64,000 bases of DNA from an uncultured Actinomycetes bacterium (GCA_963700655.1 CAVOYJ010000002.1:11212-75211), one strand, 5' to 3'. Numbered from the stretch's first letter, positions 54,735 to 63,999 are shown. The notes: generated by a model from the sequence alone, not told the origin. Numbers and translations are program-made.

Positions 54735-55755
54735 CGCAGTGGACGCCGGCCTCATCATCGCGATCGCCCTCGCGCTCGCGTTCTCGCTCACGAACGGCTT
54801 CCATGACGCGGCGAACGCGATCGCGACGCTCGTCGCGACCCGCGGGGCCACCCCGGGACAGGCGATCGCGCTCTCGTCCGCGTTCAACCTGCTCGGCGCG
54901 GTCGCCCTCGGCACGGCCGTCGCCGACACGATCGGGAAGATCGTGCAGGTCAGCCCCGACGCCGCGGTCGAGACGATCGGGGCCGGGCTCGCCGGCGCGA
55001 CCGCGTGGAACCTCCTCACGTGGTGGCGCGGGTTGCCATCCAGTTCAGGGCACGCGCTGGTCGGCGGGCTCGTCGGCGCGGCGCTCGCGGAGGGCGGGTG
55101 GGACGCGGTGAACATCGGCGGCTTCGACGGCCGGCACCCCGTCGGCCTGGTCGGCACGCTCGTCGCCCTGCTCGTCTCTCCCGTCATCGGGTTCGCGTTC
55201 GGGTTCGTCCTGCTGCGCCTCCTGCGTCGGGCCTCGCGCCGGTTCACGCGGCAGTGGTCGGCGTCGCTCGTCAGCGGCGAATGGCTGACGGCGGCCGCGC
55301 TGAGCTACAGCCACGGCTCCAACGACGCGCAGAAGTCGATGGGCGTCATCGCGGCGCTGCTGCTGGCGACCGGTGAGACGTCCACCTTCGAGGTTCCGCT
55401 CTGGGTCAAGCTCTCGACGGGCGTCGCGGTGACGCTCGGCACGGCGCTCGGCGGCTGGCGGATCGTCAAGACGATCGGCCGGCGGATCTTCACCCTCAAG
55501 CCGCTCGACTCGCTCGCGAGCCAATCCTCGTCGACGGCGGTGATCTTCGGCGCCTCGCTGATCGGCGCGCCGGTCAGCACCACGCAGGTGGTCGCCTCGT
55601 CGGTCGTCGGTGTCGGCGGCGGGCGGCGCCGCTGGCGTCACGTGCGCTGGGGCACCGTCCGCGACATCGGCATCGCCTGGCTGACGACGATTCCGGCGGC
55701 CGGGGTGCTCGCGATCGTCATGCTCTACATCTGGAAGGGAGTTGCTGCACTGTGA
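54727..55755 (+). CDS. PiT-family inorganic phosphate transporter
   Basis: Signature GFHDAANAIAT in the N-half and SHGSNDAQKSMGVI in the C-half, multi-TM. The start may be the GTG at 54739 rather than the TTG at 54727. Confidence 0.9.
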   Translation: MNVAVDAGLIIAIALALAFSLTNGFHDAANAIATLVATRGATPGQAIALSSAFNLLGAVALGTAVADTIGKIVQVSPDAAVETIGAGLAGATAWNLLTWWRGLPSSSGHALVGGLVGAALAEGGWDAVNIGGFDGRHPVGLVGTLVALLVSPVIGFAFGFVLLRLLRRASRRFTRQWSASLVSGEWLTAAALSYSHGSNDAQKSMGVIAALLLATGETSTFEVPLWVKLSTGVAVTLGTALGGWRIVKTIGRRIFTLKPLDSLASQSSSTAVIFGASLIGAPVSTTQVVASSVVGVGGGRRRWRHVRWGTVRDIGIAWLTTIPAAGVLAIVMLYIWKGVAAL

Positions 55756-56369
55756 GACGTGGACATGCCCGGTGGTTCCTGCCGGAGAACGGCGACGTGC
55801 TCGGGATGCTCGGCCGGCAGGTCGAGGTGACGATCCGCGGCATGGACGCGTTCGCCCGGTGGGGCGGCGGCGACGCACAGCTCGGTGAGGTCGTGCGCGC
55901 CGCCGAGCACGAGGCCGACGACCGCAAGCGCGACCTGCTCGCGCTCGTGCGCGACTCGTTCACGACCCCGCTGGACCCGGAGGATCTGTTCGAGCTCTCG
56001 CGCGGGCTCGACGAGGTCATCAACGGCGCGAAGAACACCGTCCGCGAAGCCGAGGCGCTCGCGATGGCCCCGAACAGCGCGATCGGCCAGATGTGCGACC
56101 TGCTCGCCGAAGGCGTCCGGCACCTGGGTGCCGCGTTCGCGGTGCTCGGCGACGACCCGGAGACCGCCAACGCGCAGGCGGCCGCCGCCGTCAAGACCCA
56201 GCGCAACCTCGAGCGCAGCTACCGCCGCGCGATGGCGAAGCTCGCCGAGAAGGAGGACATGCGCGAGGTCATCGGCCGCCAGGAGCTCTACCGCCGGCTC
56301 GCGCGCATCTCGGACAGCATCATGCAGGTCGCGGACCGCGTCATGTACGCGATCGTCAAGGAGAGCTGA
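55752..56369 (+). CDS. DUF47 (PhoU-like) protein associated with PiT
   Basis: 205 aa. 4-nt overlap with the pit stop. Helical text FLPENGDVLGML...EHEADDRKRDLLALVRDSFTTPLDPEDLFELSRGLDEV is typical of DUF47. Confidence 0.8.
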   Translation: MRRGHARWFLPENGDVLGMLGRQVEVTIRGMDAFARWGGGDAQLGEVVRAAEHEADDRKRDLLALVRDSFTTPLDPEDLFELSRGLDEVINGAKNTVREAEALAMAPNSAIGQMCDLLAEGVRHLGAAFAVLGDDPETANAQAAAAVKTQRNLERSYRRAMAKLAEKEDMREVIGRQELYRRLARISDSIMQVADRVMYAIVKES

Positions 56370-56406
56370 GCCGGGTAGGTCGCTCGCGCTCGCGCCGGTC
56401 CCGCCC

Positions 56407-57510
56407 TCAGCGGACGCTGATCTCGGCGGACCAGCGGTTCAGCACCTGGTCGCCGTCCTTGGCGCTGTTGAGGTAGCGCCCGCGGACCTTCACCTGGTCA
56501 CCTGAGGCCTTTGACTCGAGGACCTCGCAGACGTCCTGCATCGACGTGACGCTCGCGCCCTCGACGCTCGTCACCAGGTCGCCGAAGATGATGTTCGCCT
56601 TCTGCGCCGTGGATCCGGTGTCGCTCCCGAGGACGAACATCCCGTCGATCCCGGAGCGCTCGAGCGTCGCCTGCGTCCGGGCGCCGAGCCGCACGCGGTC
56701 GTCGGCCGCCCAGTCCGCGTCACCTGCGAACACCTCGGCGACCGGCACGCTCGCGAGCGGCGCGAGGCTCCAGCCGACGTAGGCGGTGTCCTTCCCGGCC
56801 GTCAGCGACGAGATGAACCGCTTGGCGTGGTTGATCGAGATCGCGTAGTACTGGCCCTGCACGGCGCGGTCGTTCTGCTCGGTGTTCGCGAGCGTGTTGA
56901 TGCCGACGAGCTTTCCGTCGTCGTCCACGAGCGCGCCACCCGAGTTGCCGGGGTTCACCGGCGCCTGGTGCTGGATCGTCGACGCATAGCGCGGCAGCGA
57001 CGGGTCGGGCTCGGCCGCCACGTCGGTCGAGGAGACGGTCCCGTCGGTGGCGACGACGCGCTGCTCGGCAGGGTTCTCGAACGACACGGGATAGCCCAGC
57101 GCGGTCACGTGCTGTCCGAGCTCGACCGTCGACGAGTCGCCGAGCGCAAGCTCCTTGAGCCCGGGGGTCCGCTCGCTGAACGCGATGACCGCGAGGTCCT
57201 CGCACGGCGCCTGGGCGACGATGCGCGCCGGGCCCTCGGTCGCGGCGCGATCCCCGGCCTTCGCGCGCAGCGCGGACGCACCGGCGATCACGTGCGCGTT
57301 CGTGAGCACGAGCCCCCGCTCGGCGTCGATCACGACACCCGTCCCCGATGAGCCGCTGTCGCCCACGCGGCCCGTGATCTGCACGATGCTCGGGCGAACG
57401 TCGGCGATGAGCTGCTCCTCGGAGAACTCCTCGCTCCCGCCGCAGCCGCTGAGCAGTGCCGAGAGGAGCACCGCCGCACAGACGAGGATGCGGGACGACG
57501 GGCGCGGCAT
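56407..57510 (-). CDS. Trypsin-like serine protease lipoprotein with C-terminal PDZ-like domain (HtrA-like)
   Basis: ATG at 57508-57510 after GGAGG, lipobox LLSGC. Catalytic His in LVLTNAHVI, Ser in NPGNSGGALVD. Confidence 0.85.
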   Translation of the reverse strand: MPRPSSRILVCAAVLLSALLSGCGGSEEFSEEQLIADVRPSIVQITGRVGDSGSSGTGVVIDAERGLVLTNAHVIAGASALRAKAGDRAATEGPARIVAQAPCEDLAVIAFSERTPGLKELALGDSSTVELGQHVTALGYPVSFENPAEQRVVATDGTVSSTDVAAEPDPSLPRYASTIQHQAPVNPGNSGGALVDDDGKLVGINTLANTEQNDRAVQGQYYAISINHAKRFISSLTAGKDTAYVGWSLAPLASVPVAEVFAGDADWAADDRVRLGARTQATLERSGIDGMFVLGSDTGSTAQKANIIFGDLVTSVEGASVTSMQDVCEVLESKASGDQVKVRGRYLNSAKDGDQVLNRWSAEISVR

Positions 57511-57618
57511 CGGACCTCCTTCACCGGGGAACCCACCAAGGATCCCCCGCGCGGGCGCTCCCCGCAACGCGGGTTTTCCTCACGATGCGTCAGCCGAAAG
57601 CCGCGGTCAGGCGGGCCG

Positions 57619-58131
57619 CTACTGCAGCGCGAGGTCGAACGTCAGCGGCCCCCAGCGGCAGCCGAAGCCCAGCGCGTTGTCGACGCCGCGGGTCGTGGCC
57701 TTCTCGATCGTGCCCTGCACGTCGGTGCGGGTGAACGAGCCCTTGAAGCGCGACTGGACGACCCCGCCGTAGAGGACGGTCTCGTCGAAGCGCCCCCTGC
57801 GGATCGCCCCCGGCGGCGTCGTCGCCGCGAACCGTGCCGTGATGCGCTTGGTCGTCGGCACGAACGCCGCGCCGTTGAAGATGTCGCACGTCGCGCGCAC
57901 GCGCGTCCACGTGATGTACGCGAAGAGATACGTGCGCTCCTGCGACGGGAACCAGATGCGCTTGAGCTCCATCCGGACCTGGCCGCCGTTCGCGGCCCCG
58001 CCGGTGTAGATCGCCCCCGCCTTCGGCTGGACGAGCTTGCGCTTGGCCGGCGCCGCGGCCGGGAGGAGCGCGGCGACCAACGCGAGCAGCATCAGCAGGG
58101 AGCAGAGACGGGCCATGGATCGACGGCGCAT
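57619..58131 (-). CDS. Secreted hypothetical protein
   Basis: 170 aa with signal peptide LCSLLMLLALVAALLPAAAPA. No family recognised. Confidence 0.5.
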   Translation of the reverse strand: MRRRSMARLCSLLMLLALVAALLPAAAPAKRKLVQPKAGAIYTGGAANGGQVRMELKRIWFPSQERTYLFAYITWTRVRATCDIFNGAAFVPTTKRITARFAATTPPGAIRRGRFDETVLYGGVVQSRFKGSFTRTDVQGTIEKATTRGVDNALGFGCRWGPLTFDLALQ

Positions 58132-58137
58132 GTGCCG

Positions 58138-58344
58138 TCAGCGATGCCGCTTGCGGACGATGTGCACGCCGTCGGCGGGAAACACGATCGACTCGTGCTG
58201 TTCGTCCCAGCGCACCTTGTAGTGCTCATGCCCCGGCTCACCGAGGATCTCGACGATCTGACCGCGGCGAGCGGGCTCGCCGTGGATTCCCCGCGCCTCG
58301 AGCCAGTCACCGGCTCGCGCCGGGGGTGTGTCCTTCGCGCTCAT
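58138..58344 (-). CDS. DUF1918-domain protein
   Basis: 68 aa from the ATG at 58342-58344. AGDWLEARGIHGEPARRGQIVEILGEPGHEHYKVRWDEQHESIVFP is the characteristic DUF1918 text. Confidence 0.7.
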   Translation of the reverse strand: MSAKDTPPARAGDWLEARGIHGEPARRGQIVEILGEPGHEHYKVRWDEQHESIVFPADGVHIVRKRHR

Positions 58345-58387
58345 CTCGCGTATTGAACCAGCCCGCCGGGCCGTGCGTCCGGCATCG

Positions 58388-59506
58388 TCACGCGGCCGCC
58401 GCGAGCCGGCGGCGGATGTCGAACGCGCGCTGCACGTCGGTGATCGACAGGACGCCGAGCGGCCGGCCCTCGCCGTCGACGACGGCGGCGCGCTGCAGCC
58501 GGGCGAATGCCGGCTCGTCCAGGAGCGCGGCGACATCGGCGTCCGGAGCGACCAGCAGCGCCGGGTCACGGTCGACGAGCGCGGCGACCAGCACGCTGCT
58601 GCGCTCGGGCGCCGGGACGTGCTCGAGCGCGCTGACGGGGACGAGTCCCGCGACGCGGTCGCCGTCGAGCGCCGGGAACGCAGGATGCGGCTCGTGCAGG
58701 ACGAGATCCACCGCATCGGCGGCGGTCGCCGTCAGCGGCAGGCACACCGCCGGCGTGCTCATGAGGTCCTGCGCGCGCACGCCGGTGAAGACCTCCTCGA
58801 CCTCCGCGTGCAGCGCCTCGGCGCCACCGGCCATCACGACGAACCAGCCGATGACGGCGAGCCAGAGCCCGCCGGGGTAGCCCGCCACCGCCTGAAGGAC
58901 GCCGAGCGCGATGAAGCCGATGCCGAACGCGCGGCCCACGGCCGCCGCCTGCACCGTCGCCGCGACGCGGTCGTCCCTCCACCTCCAGAGCACGGCGTGC
59001 AGCACGCGCCCGCCGTCCAGCGGAAAGGCCGGCAGCAGGTTGAACACCAGCAGCACGACGTTGACGAGCGCCTGGTAGGCCACGAGCGCGTACAGCGCCG
59101 TCCCGGTCGGGAGCAGCAGCAGCACGCCGCCGCTGACCGCGGCGATCACCGCCGTGACCGCGGGCCCGGCGATCGCGTACGCCAGCTCGTCCTGCGGCCG
59201 CCGCGCCGTGCCGCGGATCTTCGCCACGCCCCCGAGCAGCCACAGGTCGATGCCCTCGACCTCGACGTCGTGGCGGCGCGCCACGATCGCGTGCCCGTAC
59301 TCGTGGGCGACGACGCTGGCGAACAGCAGCAGCGCGCTCAGCGCCCCGAGCGCCCAGGCGGCCGCCGGCGCGATGCCGTCGACCTGCTCCGGATACCAGC
59401 CCGTCGCGAGCACGAGCGTGATCACCGCGACGATGACCGGCCAGAGCGGCTGGACACCGAACGGGATGCCGGCGAAGGTGCCGATGTGGATCGTGCGGCC
59501 GGGCAT
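58388..59506 (-). CDS. Site-2 protease family (M50) metalloprotease with C-terminal CBS pair
   Basis: HExxH as VVAHEYGHAI, second-site motif NLLPAFPLDGGRVL, and C-terminal CBS-like repeats. Confidence 0.85.
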   Translation of the reverse strand: MPGRTIHIGTFAGIPFGVQPLWPVIVAVITLVLATGWYPEQVDGIAPAAAWALGALSALLLFASVVAHEYGHAIVARRHDVEVEGIDLWLLGGVAKIRGTARRPQDELAYAIAGPAVTAVIAAVSGGVLLLLPTGTALYALVAYQALVNVVLLVFNLLPAFPLDGGRVLHAVLWRWRDDRVAATVQAAAVGRAFGIGFIALGVLQAVAGYPGGLWLAVIGWFVVMAGGAEALHAEVEEVFTGVRAQDLMSTPAVCLPLTATAADAVDLVLHEPHPAFPALDGDRVAGLVPVSALEHVPAPERSSVLVAALVDRDPALLVAPDADVAALLDEPAFARLQRAAVVDGEGRPLGVLSITDVQRAFDIRRRLAAAA

Positions 59507-59613
59507 GGGGCTCCTCGGGATGTGCCTGAGTCCACGCTAGACCGCGTGCGCGCCCCGCGCATCCGTGAGACACCGAGGGTCGCGGCGCCGGCGGCGCGGT
59601 AGCGTGCGCCGGG

Positions 59614-60545
59614 ATGCCGCGCGTCGCCGTCTTCGGCCCGAACCCGATGCTCTCGGTGACGATCGAGGCGCGCGGCGAGCGACGACGACGTCCACCTGCA
59701 CGCGGGCGGGCAGGGCGTCTGGCTGAGCAGGATGACCGCGGAGCTGGGCGCCGAGCCGGTGCTGTGCAGCCTCGTCGGCGGCGAGACCGGCGCCGTGCTG
59801 ACGGGACTGCTGCACGCGCTGCCGATCACGCTGCGCGCGACGCCCGCCGCGGGCGCCAGCGGCTGCTACGTCGTCGATCGCCGCGACGGCAGCCGCCACC
59901 TGGTCGCGCAGAGCACGGCGCCGGCGCCCTCGCGCCACGAGCTCGACGACCTCGTCGCCGGGACGGTCGCCGCGGCGCTCGAGTCCGACGTCCTGGCGAT
60001 CTGCAACGCGTTCCCCGGCGACTGCTGCCCGGACGCGATCTACGGCGAGCTGGCCGCCGACGTGCGCGCCAACGGACGCCCGGTCATCGCCGACCTCTCC
60101 TCGCCCGCGCCTGGACACCGTCCTCCCGGCCGGGCCGGACCTCGTGAAGCTCAACGACTGGGAGCTCGCCGAGTACGTCCAGGGGCCGGTCGACCCGCCC
60201 GACCTGCTGCTCGCCGCCGCGCGGCGGCTGCGCGAGGCCGGCGCGCGGTCGGTCCTCGTCACGCGCGGCGGCGAGCCCGCCCTCTGGCTCGACGGCGACG
60301 CGCCGCCGCGGCTCGTCGTGCCGCCGCGGCTGGAGCGCGGGATGCGCGAGGGCTGCGGCGACACGATGATGGGCGCGATCGCCGCACAGCTCGCCGCCGG
60401 ACGGCCGCTGGAGGACGCGATCGTGATGGGTGCCGGCGCGGGCGCGGCGAACTTCCTGCACGCCGGGCTCGGGCACGGGCGAGCCGCGCGACGGTCGAGG
60501 ACCTCGCCCGCCACGTGCGCGATCGAGCCCTACTCCGGCACGTAG
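59614..60545 (+). pseudogene. PfkB-family carbohydrate kinase (1-phosphofructokinase-like), about 4 frame changes
   Basis: MPRVAVFGPNPMLSVTIEARGE | DDVHLHAGGQGVWLSRMTAELGAEPVLCSLVGGETG...RANGRPVIADLSSP | LDTVLPAGPDLVKLNDWELAEY...VTRGGEPA...GCGDTMMGAIAAQLAAG...GAGAGAANFLHAGLG | SRATVEDLARHV | IEPYSGT*. Breaks near 59675, 60105, 60478 and 60518. Confidence 0.7.
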
Positions 60546-61284
60546 GGCGGGCGCGGGACCGCGCCGGCGACGATCGCCGCGGGCGCGGTGTGCGCGATCC
60601 AGTCCAGGTGCGGCGCCAGCGAGCTCGACGCCCGCGAGCACGTCGAGCGCGCCGCGCAGCGCCACCCGCCGGCCGCCGTGCGAGGAGTGCGCGTCGGTGG
60701 CGAGCACGTGCACGAGCCCGCGCCGCGCGAGCTCGAGCATCCCGTCCGCCGTCGGCGGCCGCTCGAAGTACGCGGCCGTCGCCTGCACGAGCGCGCCCGC
60801 GGCGATCAGCCGCTCCAGACGGTCGAAGAGGTCCTCGCCGAGGTGGCGCTCGGGGTGGGCGATGAGCGCGTGGAAGCCGCGGGCGGCGAGGTGCGCGACG
60901 GCGTCGTCGAGCGTGTCGGAGAGCGGCCCGGCGCGCGGCTCGAGCAGGATCCAGCGCCCGCCGGCGAGCGCGACGGCGTGGAGCTCGTCGTCCGTCAGCC
61001 CGGCGACCGCCGGCTCGGCGACCTCCCCGCCGGTCAGCACGCGCAGCGGGATCTCGCGGCGCTCCAGCTCCTCGCCGAGCGCCGCCACGCGACCCGCGAT
61101 CTCGCCGATGCGCACGTCGTGGTCGTGGCGGATGTGCGGTGTCGCGCAGATCGCCTCGAACGCCCTCGTTCACGGCGACGCGGGCCATCGCGAGGCTGTC
61201 CGCAAGGTCCAGCGCGCCGTCGTCCACGCCCGGGAGCAGATGACAGTGCAGGTCGATGAAGCCCGTGGCCTGCGCGCCCGGCAC
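60530..61284 (-). pseudogene. CpsB/YwqE-type PHP-domain tyrosine-protein phosphatase, 2 frame changes
   Basis: GFIDLHCHLLPGVDDGALD...NEG | FEAICATPHIRHD...LIAHPERH...LATDAHS... | ...LAPHLDWIAHTAPAAIV...YVPE*. Breaks near 61158-61164 and ~60600-60620. GTG start at 61284. Confidence 0.7.
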
Positions 61285-61292
61285 GGCCCGAA

Positions 61293-62036
61293 TCAGCGCG
61301 GGGCCTTGTTGAACTTCAGCCTGCCCGCCGCCGACCCGGTCTGCCCGGCCTCGGTGTTGATCGAGAGCAGCGGGGCCGAGCGGTTGTCGTCGGCGAGCCT
61401 GCCGACGCCGTCGGGCTTGGCGAAGCCGGTGCTCCAGCCGCCGAGCGGCGTGTTCGCCGCGAAGTTCTGGCAGGTGGTCATCAGGATGGACTCCCAGTCC
61501 TGGTAGAAGCCCTTGCTCGTCAGCGGGATCTCGTCGGGCGGCTGGACGGTGACCTGCCAGCCGGGGTAGCGCTTGGACTTGCCCTTCGTCTGCAGCCAGG
61601 TCGACTCGCGGATGACGACGTCGGCCTTGCCCGTCCACGTGCCGTCCGTCGTGCGGGACTCGCTGTCGCAGCCCGCGTGCCAGGAGCGGTCGCTCGTGCT
61701 GGCCTCGGCGTGGTAGGTGAACGTCGCCTTGCCCTTGGCGAACGCGCTGAACCGCGACGGCCCGGTGAACGGGACCTCGGTGCTCTTGAGCTCGATCTTC
61801 AGCCGCTGCCAGTTCGGGCCGTTGTCGTTGCCGAACCCGCCCTCGAGGTCCTGCCGGATCGTGAACGTGCCGCTCACGGTGGCGGTCAGCGGCTTCGGCT
61901 TCTTCTTCTTCTTCTTGGCCGTGTGGACGCCGGGCGTCGCAGGCGTCGCGAGGGCGGCGCCGGGCGCGACCGCGATGATCGCGGCGGCTGCGGTGATCAC
62001 CGCGAGCGGACGGGTGTGTCGGTATGCGCTCGGCAT
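61293..62036 (-). CDS. Secreted hypothetical protein with poly-Lys tract
   Basis: ATG at 62034-62036, signal LAVITAAAAIIAVAPGAALA, then TAKKKKKKPKP and a ~210-aa domain. No family recognised. Confidence 0.55.
   Translation of the reverse strand: MPSAYRHTRPLAVITAAAAIIAVAPGAALATPATPGVHTAKKKKKKPKPLTATVSGTFTIRQDLEGGFGNDNGPNWQRLKIELKSTEVPFTGPSRFSAFAKGKATFTYHAEASTSDRSWHAGCDSESRTTDGTWTGKADVVIRESTWLQTKGKSKRYPGWQVTVQPPDEIPLTSKGFYQDWESILMTTCQNFAANTPLGGWSTGFAKPDGVGRLADDNRSAPLLSINTEAGQTGSAAGRLKFNKAPR
61899..61916. repeat. (CTT)6 trinucleotide microsatellite, encoding K6 on the minus strand
   Basis: cttcttcttcttcttctt read directly. It is AT-rich and unusual in this GC-rich context. Confidence 0.9.
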
Positions 62037-62098
62037 GATGGTGTGACGTCCCGCCGAGCCTACTCCCCGGTCTGGTCCGCGGCGACCGTTCGTCGAGG

Positions 62099-62903
62099 TC
62101 AGGGCCGCGATCGGGCCGGGCTGCCGCGCGCGGTCAGGTAGCGCGCTGCCGCCGCCCGTGACTCCGGGTCGGCGATCGCGGCCGCGAGGACGTCGGCGTC
62201 GCGCACCGCGCCCGCGGTGGACGCCAGCTCCTCGGCGACCGCGTTGACGTGCGCCTTGGTCGCGGTGAGCGTCAGCGACGAGCGCTCGGCGAGCTGCGCC
62301 GCGAGCGCGTCGACCTCGCGCTCGAGCGCGTCGCCCGGGACGACCCGGTTCAGGAAGCCCAGCCCGCGCGCCTCGTCCGCGGTGAACGGCCTGCAGGTCA
62401 GGACCAGCTCCTTGGTCATCGCCGGGCCGATCTCGCGCACCAGCCGCGGGATCCCGCCCCACGCGAGCGGAATGCCGAGCTCGACCTCGGGGATCGAGAA
62501 CAGCGTGTCCTGCGCGGCCACCCGCAGGTCGCACGCCGCGGCGAGCACCAGGCCGCCGCCGACGCAGTGCCCGTGCACCTGCGCCACGGTGACCGCGCGC
62601 ATCGCCGTGACCGCCTCCGCCATCCGCCGCCCGAGGTCGGCCGTCTCCCGCGCGCGTCCCTCCGTCTCCTGGGCTGCGAACGCGCCGAGGTCGAACCCGG
62701 CGCAGAACGAGGGCCCGGCGCCCGCCAGGATCACGACCTTGACGTCCGGCAGCGCGTCGAGGGCGCGCGCGAGCGCCGATCAGCTCACCGAGCAGTTCGG
62801 GGCTGAGCGCGTTGCGCTTCTCGGGCCGCGTCAGCGTGAGGCGTGCGAGCGGACCGGTGACATGCGTGGCGAGCACGGCGGACGGGACGGGTGCTTCGGG
62901 CAC
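62099..62903 (-). pseudogene. Enoyl-CoA hydratase/isomerase (crotonase) family protein, frame broken near 62768-62776
   Basis: ARLTLTRPEKRNALSPELLGELI is in one frame. ALARALDALPDVKVVILAGAGPSFCAGFDL...HGHCVGGGLVLAAACDLR is in the frame of ORF 62099..62734. Confidence 0.75.
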
Positions 62904-62978
62904 GCCACGAGGATCCCAGGCGACGGCGACGGCACGGCGACGGCGATCACGCGGGCTCCGGCGGGCCCCGCCCGCCGG

Positions 62979-63021
62979 GCGTGGCGGATATGTGTCGACA
63001 GTCGTGACAGATCCGCCACGC
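62979..63021 (-). terminator. Candidate stem-loop terminator after the cupin gene
   Basis: GCGTGGCGGAT (62979-62989) pairs with ATCCGCCACGC (63011-63021): 11-bp stem, 21-nt loop, 36 nt downstream of the stop at 63057. Confidence 0.4.
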
Positions 63022-63056
63022 TCGGGTGCCGCCGCGCCCGCCGGCCCGGCGACCGC

Positions 63057-63599
63057 CTACGCGCCCTCCGGCGTCCACCCGCCGCCGAGCGGCTCGCCGA
63101 GCTGCAGCCCGAAGCGCTCGAGCAGCTCGGGCACGGTCTCGGGCCGCATCTCGAGGCCGTAGCGGGTGCTGAGCGCCGCGACGGCCTCTGGGTCGGCCTT
63201 CAGGACGCCCCCCATCGCGACGACCTCCTGAAAGAAGCGCTCGAACCCGGCGGGGGCGATGATCTCGAGGATCCGGCACGGCTCGTCGCCGGCGTTCCAG
63301 AACGTGTGCCACTGGTTGCGCGGCTTGAAGACGAGATCGCCCGGGCCGGCCTCGACGACGTCGTCGCCCAGCAGCGCGCCCATGCGCCCCTGCAGGACGT
63401 AGCTGTACTCGTCCTCGCGCGTGTGCAGATGCAGTGGCGCTGCGAGCGCGCGCGGCGACATCGGGTGCTCGACGAGCGAGAAGTGCTCGCCGCTCTCACG
63501 CCCGTCGATCATGAAGCGCGCACCGATGCTTCCCAGGAAGCCGTCCCCGCCGTCGCCCGGCGCGACGATCCGCGGGCCGGCCGTCGTCGTCGTCTCCAT
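63057..63599 (-). CDS. Cupin-domain protein
   Basis: ATG at 63597-63599. Cupin motifs LHLHTREDEYSYVLQG and GDLVFKPRNQWHTFWN. Confidence 0.75.
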   Translation of the reverse strand: METTTTAGPRIVAPGDGGDGFLGSIGARFMIDGRESGEHFSLVEHPMSPRALAAPLHLHTREDEYSYVLQGRMGALLGDDVVEAGPGDLVFKPRNQWHTFWNAGDEPCRILEIIAPAGFERFFQEVVAMGGVLKADPEAVAALSTRYGLEMRPETVPELLERFGLQLGEPLGGGWTPEGA

Positions 63600-63660
63600 C
63601 GTGGTCCCCTTTTCGCTAGACAGTGCTGTCGCGCGAAAACTAGCGGACGTCCGCGGCACC

Positions 63661-63674
63661 TGTCAATATTGACC
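63661..63674. promoter_or_regulatory. Near-perfect palindrome TGTCAATATTGACC (candidate TetR operator)
   Basis: It lies in the 83-nt divergent cupin/TetR intergenic region, 9 nt before the TetR ATG. A second inverted repeat, GACAG-TG-CTGTC, lies at 63619-63630. Confidence 0.45.
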
Positions 63675-63682
63675 AGACAGTC

Positions 63683-63999
63683 ATGTCCGATCAAAGGCGA
63701 CCCTACCGGATGCAGAAGCGGGCCGAGCTCGAGGAACGCACGCGGCTGCGCATCACCGAGAGCGCGGTCGCCCTGCACGAAGAGCTCGGCCCGGCGCACA
63801 CATCGATCAGCGCGATCGCCGACCACGCCGGCGTACGACGCTCGACCGTCTACCGCCACTTCCCCGACGAGGAGGCGCTGTTCGACGCCTGCTCCTCGCA
63901 CTGGGCCGCAGCCAACCCTCCCCCCGATCCGAGTCCCTGGCCCGCGATCGGCGACCCCGACGAGCGACTGGCCGCCGCGTTGGGCGAGCTCTACGCGTA
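63683..63999 (+). CDS. TetR/AcrR-family transcriptional regulator (3' end off-window)
   Basis: MSDQRRPYRMQKRAELEERTRLRITESAVALHEELGPAHTSISAIADHAGVRRSTVYRHFPDEEALF is the typical TetR N-terminal HTH. Confidence 0.85.
   Translation, partial: MSDQRRPYRMQKRAELEERTRLRITESAVALHEELGPAHTSISAIADHAGVRRSTVYRHFPDEEALFDACSSHWAAANPPPDPSPWPAIGDPDERLAAALGELYA

Noticed and set aside
1-63999. Mobile elements, prophage or integrative island (suggested by the TA modules, Fic and ImmA).
   Set aside because: No transposase, integrase, recombinase, phage structural gene, tRNA attachment site or long direct repeats were recognised. The accessory-looking genes are interspersed with housekeeping genes at uniform GC.
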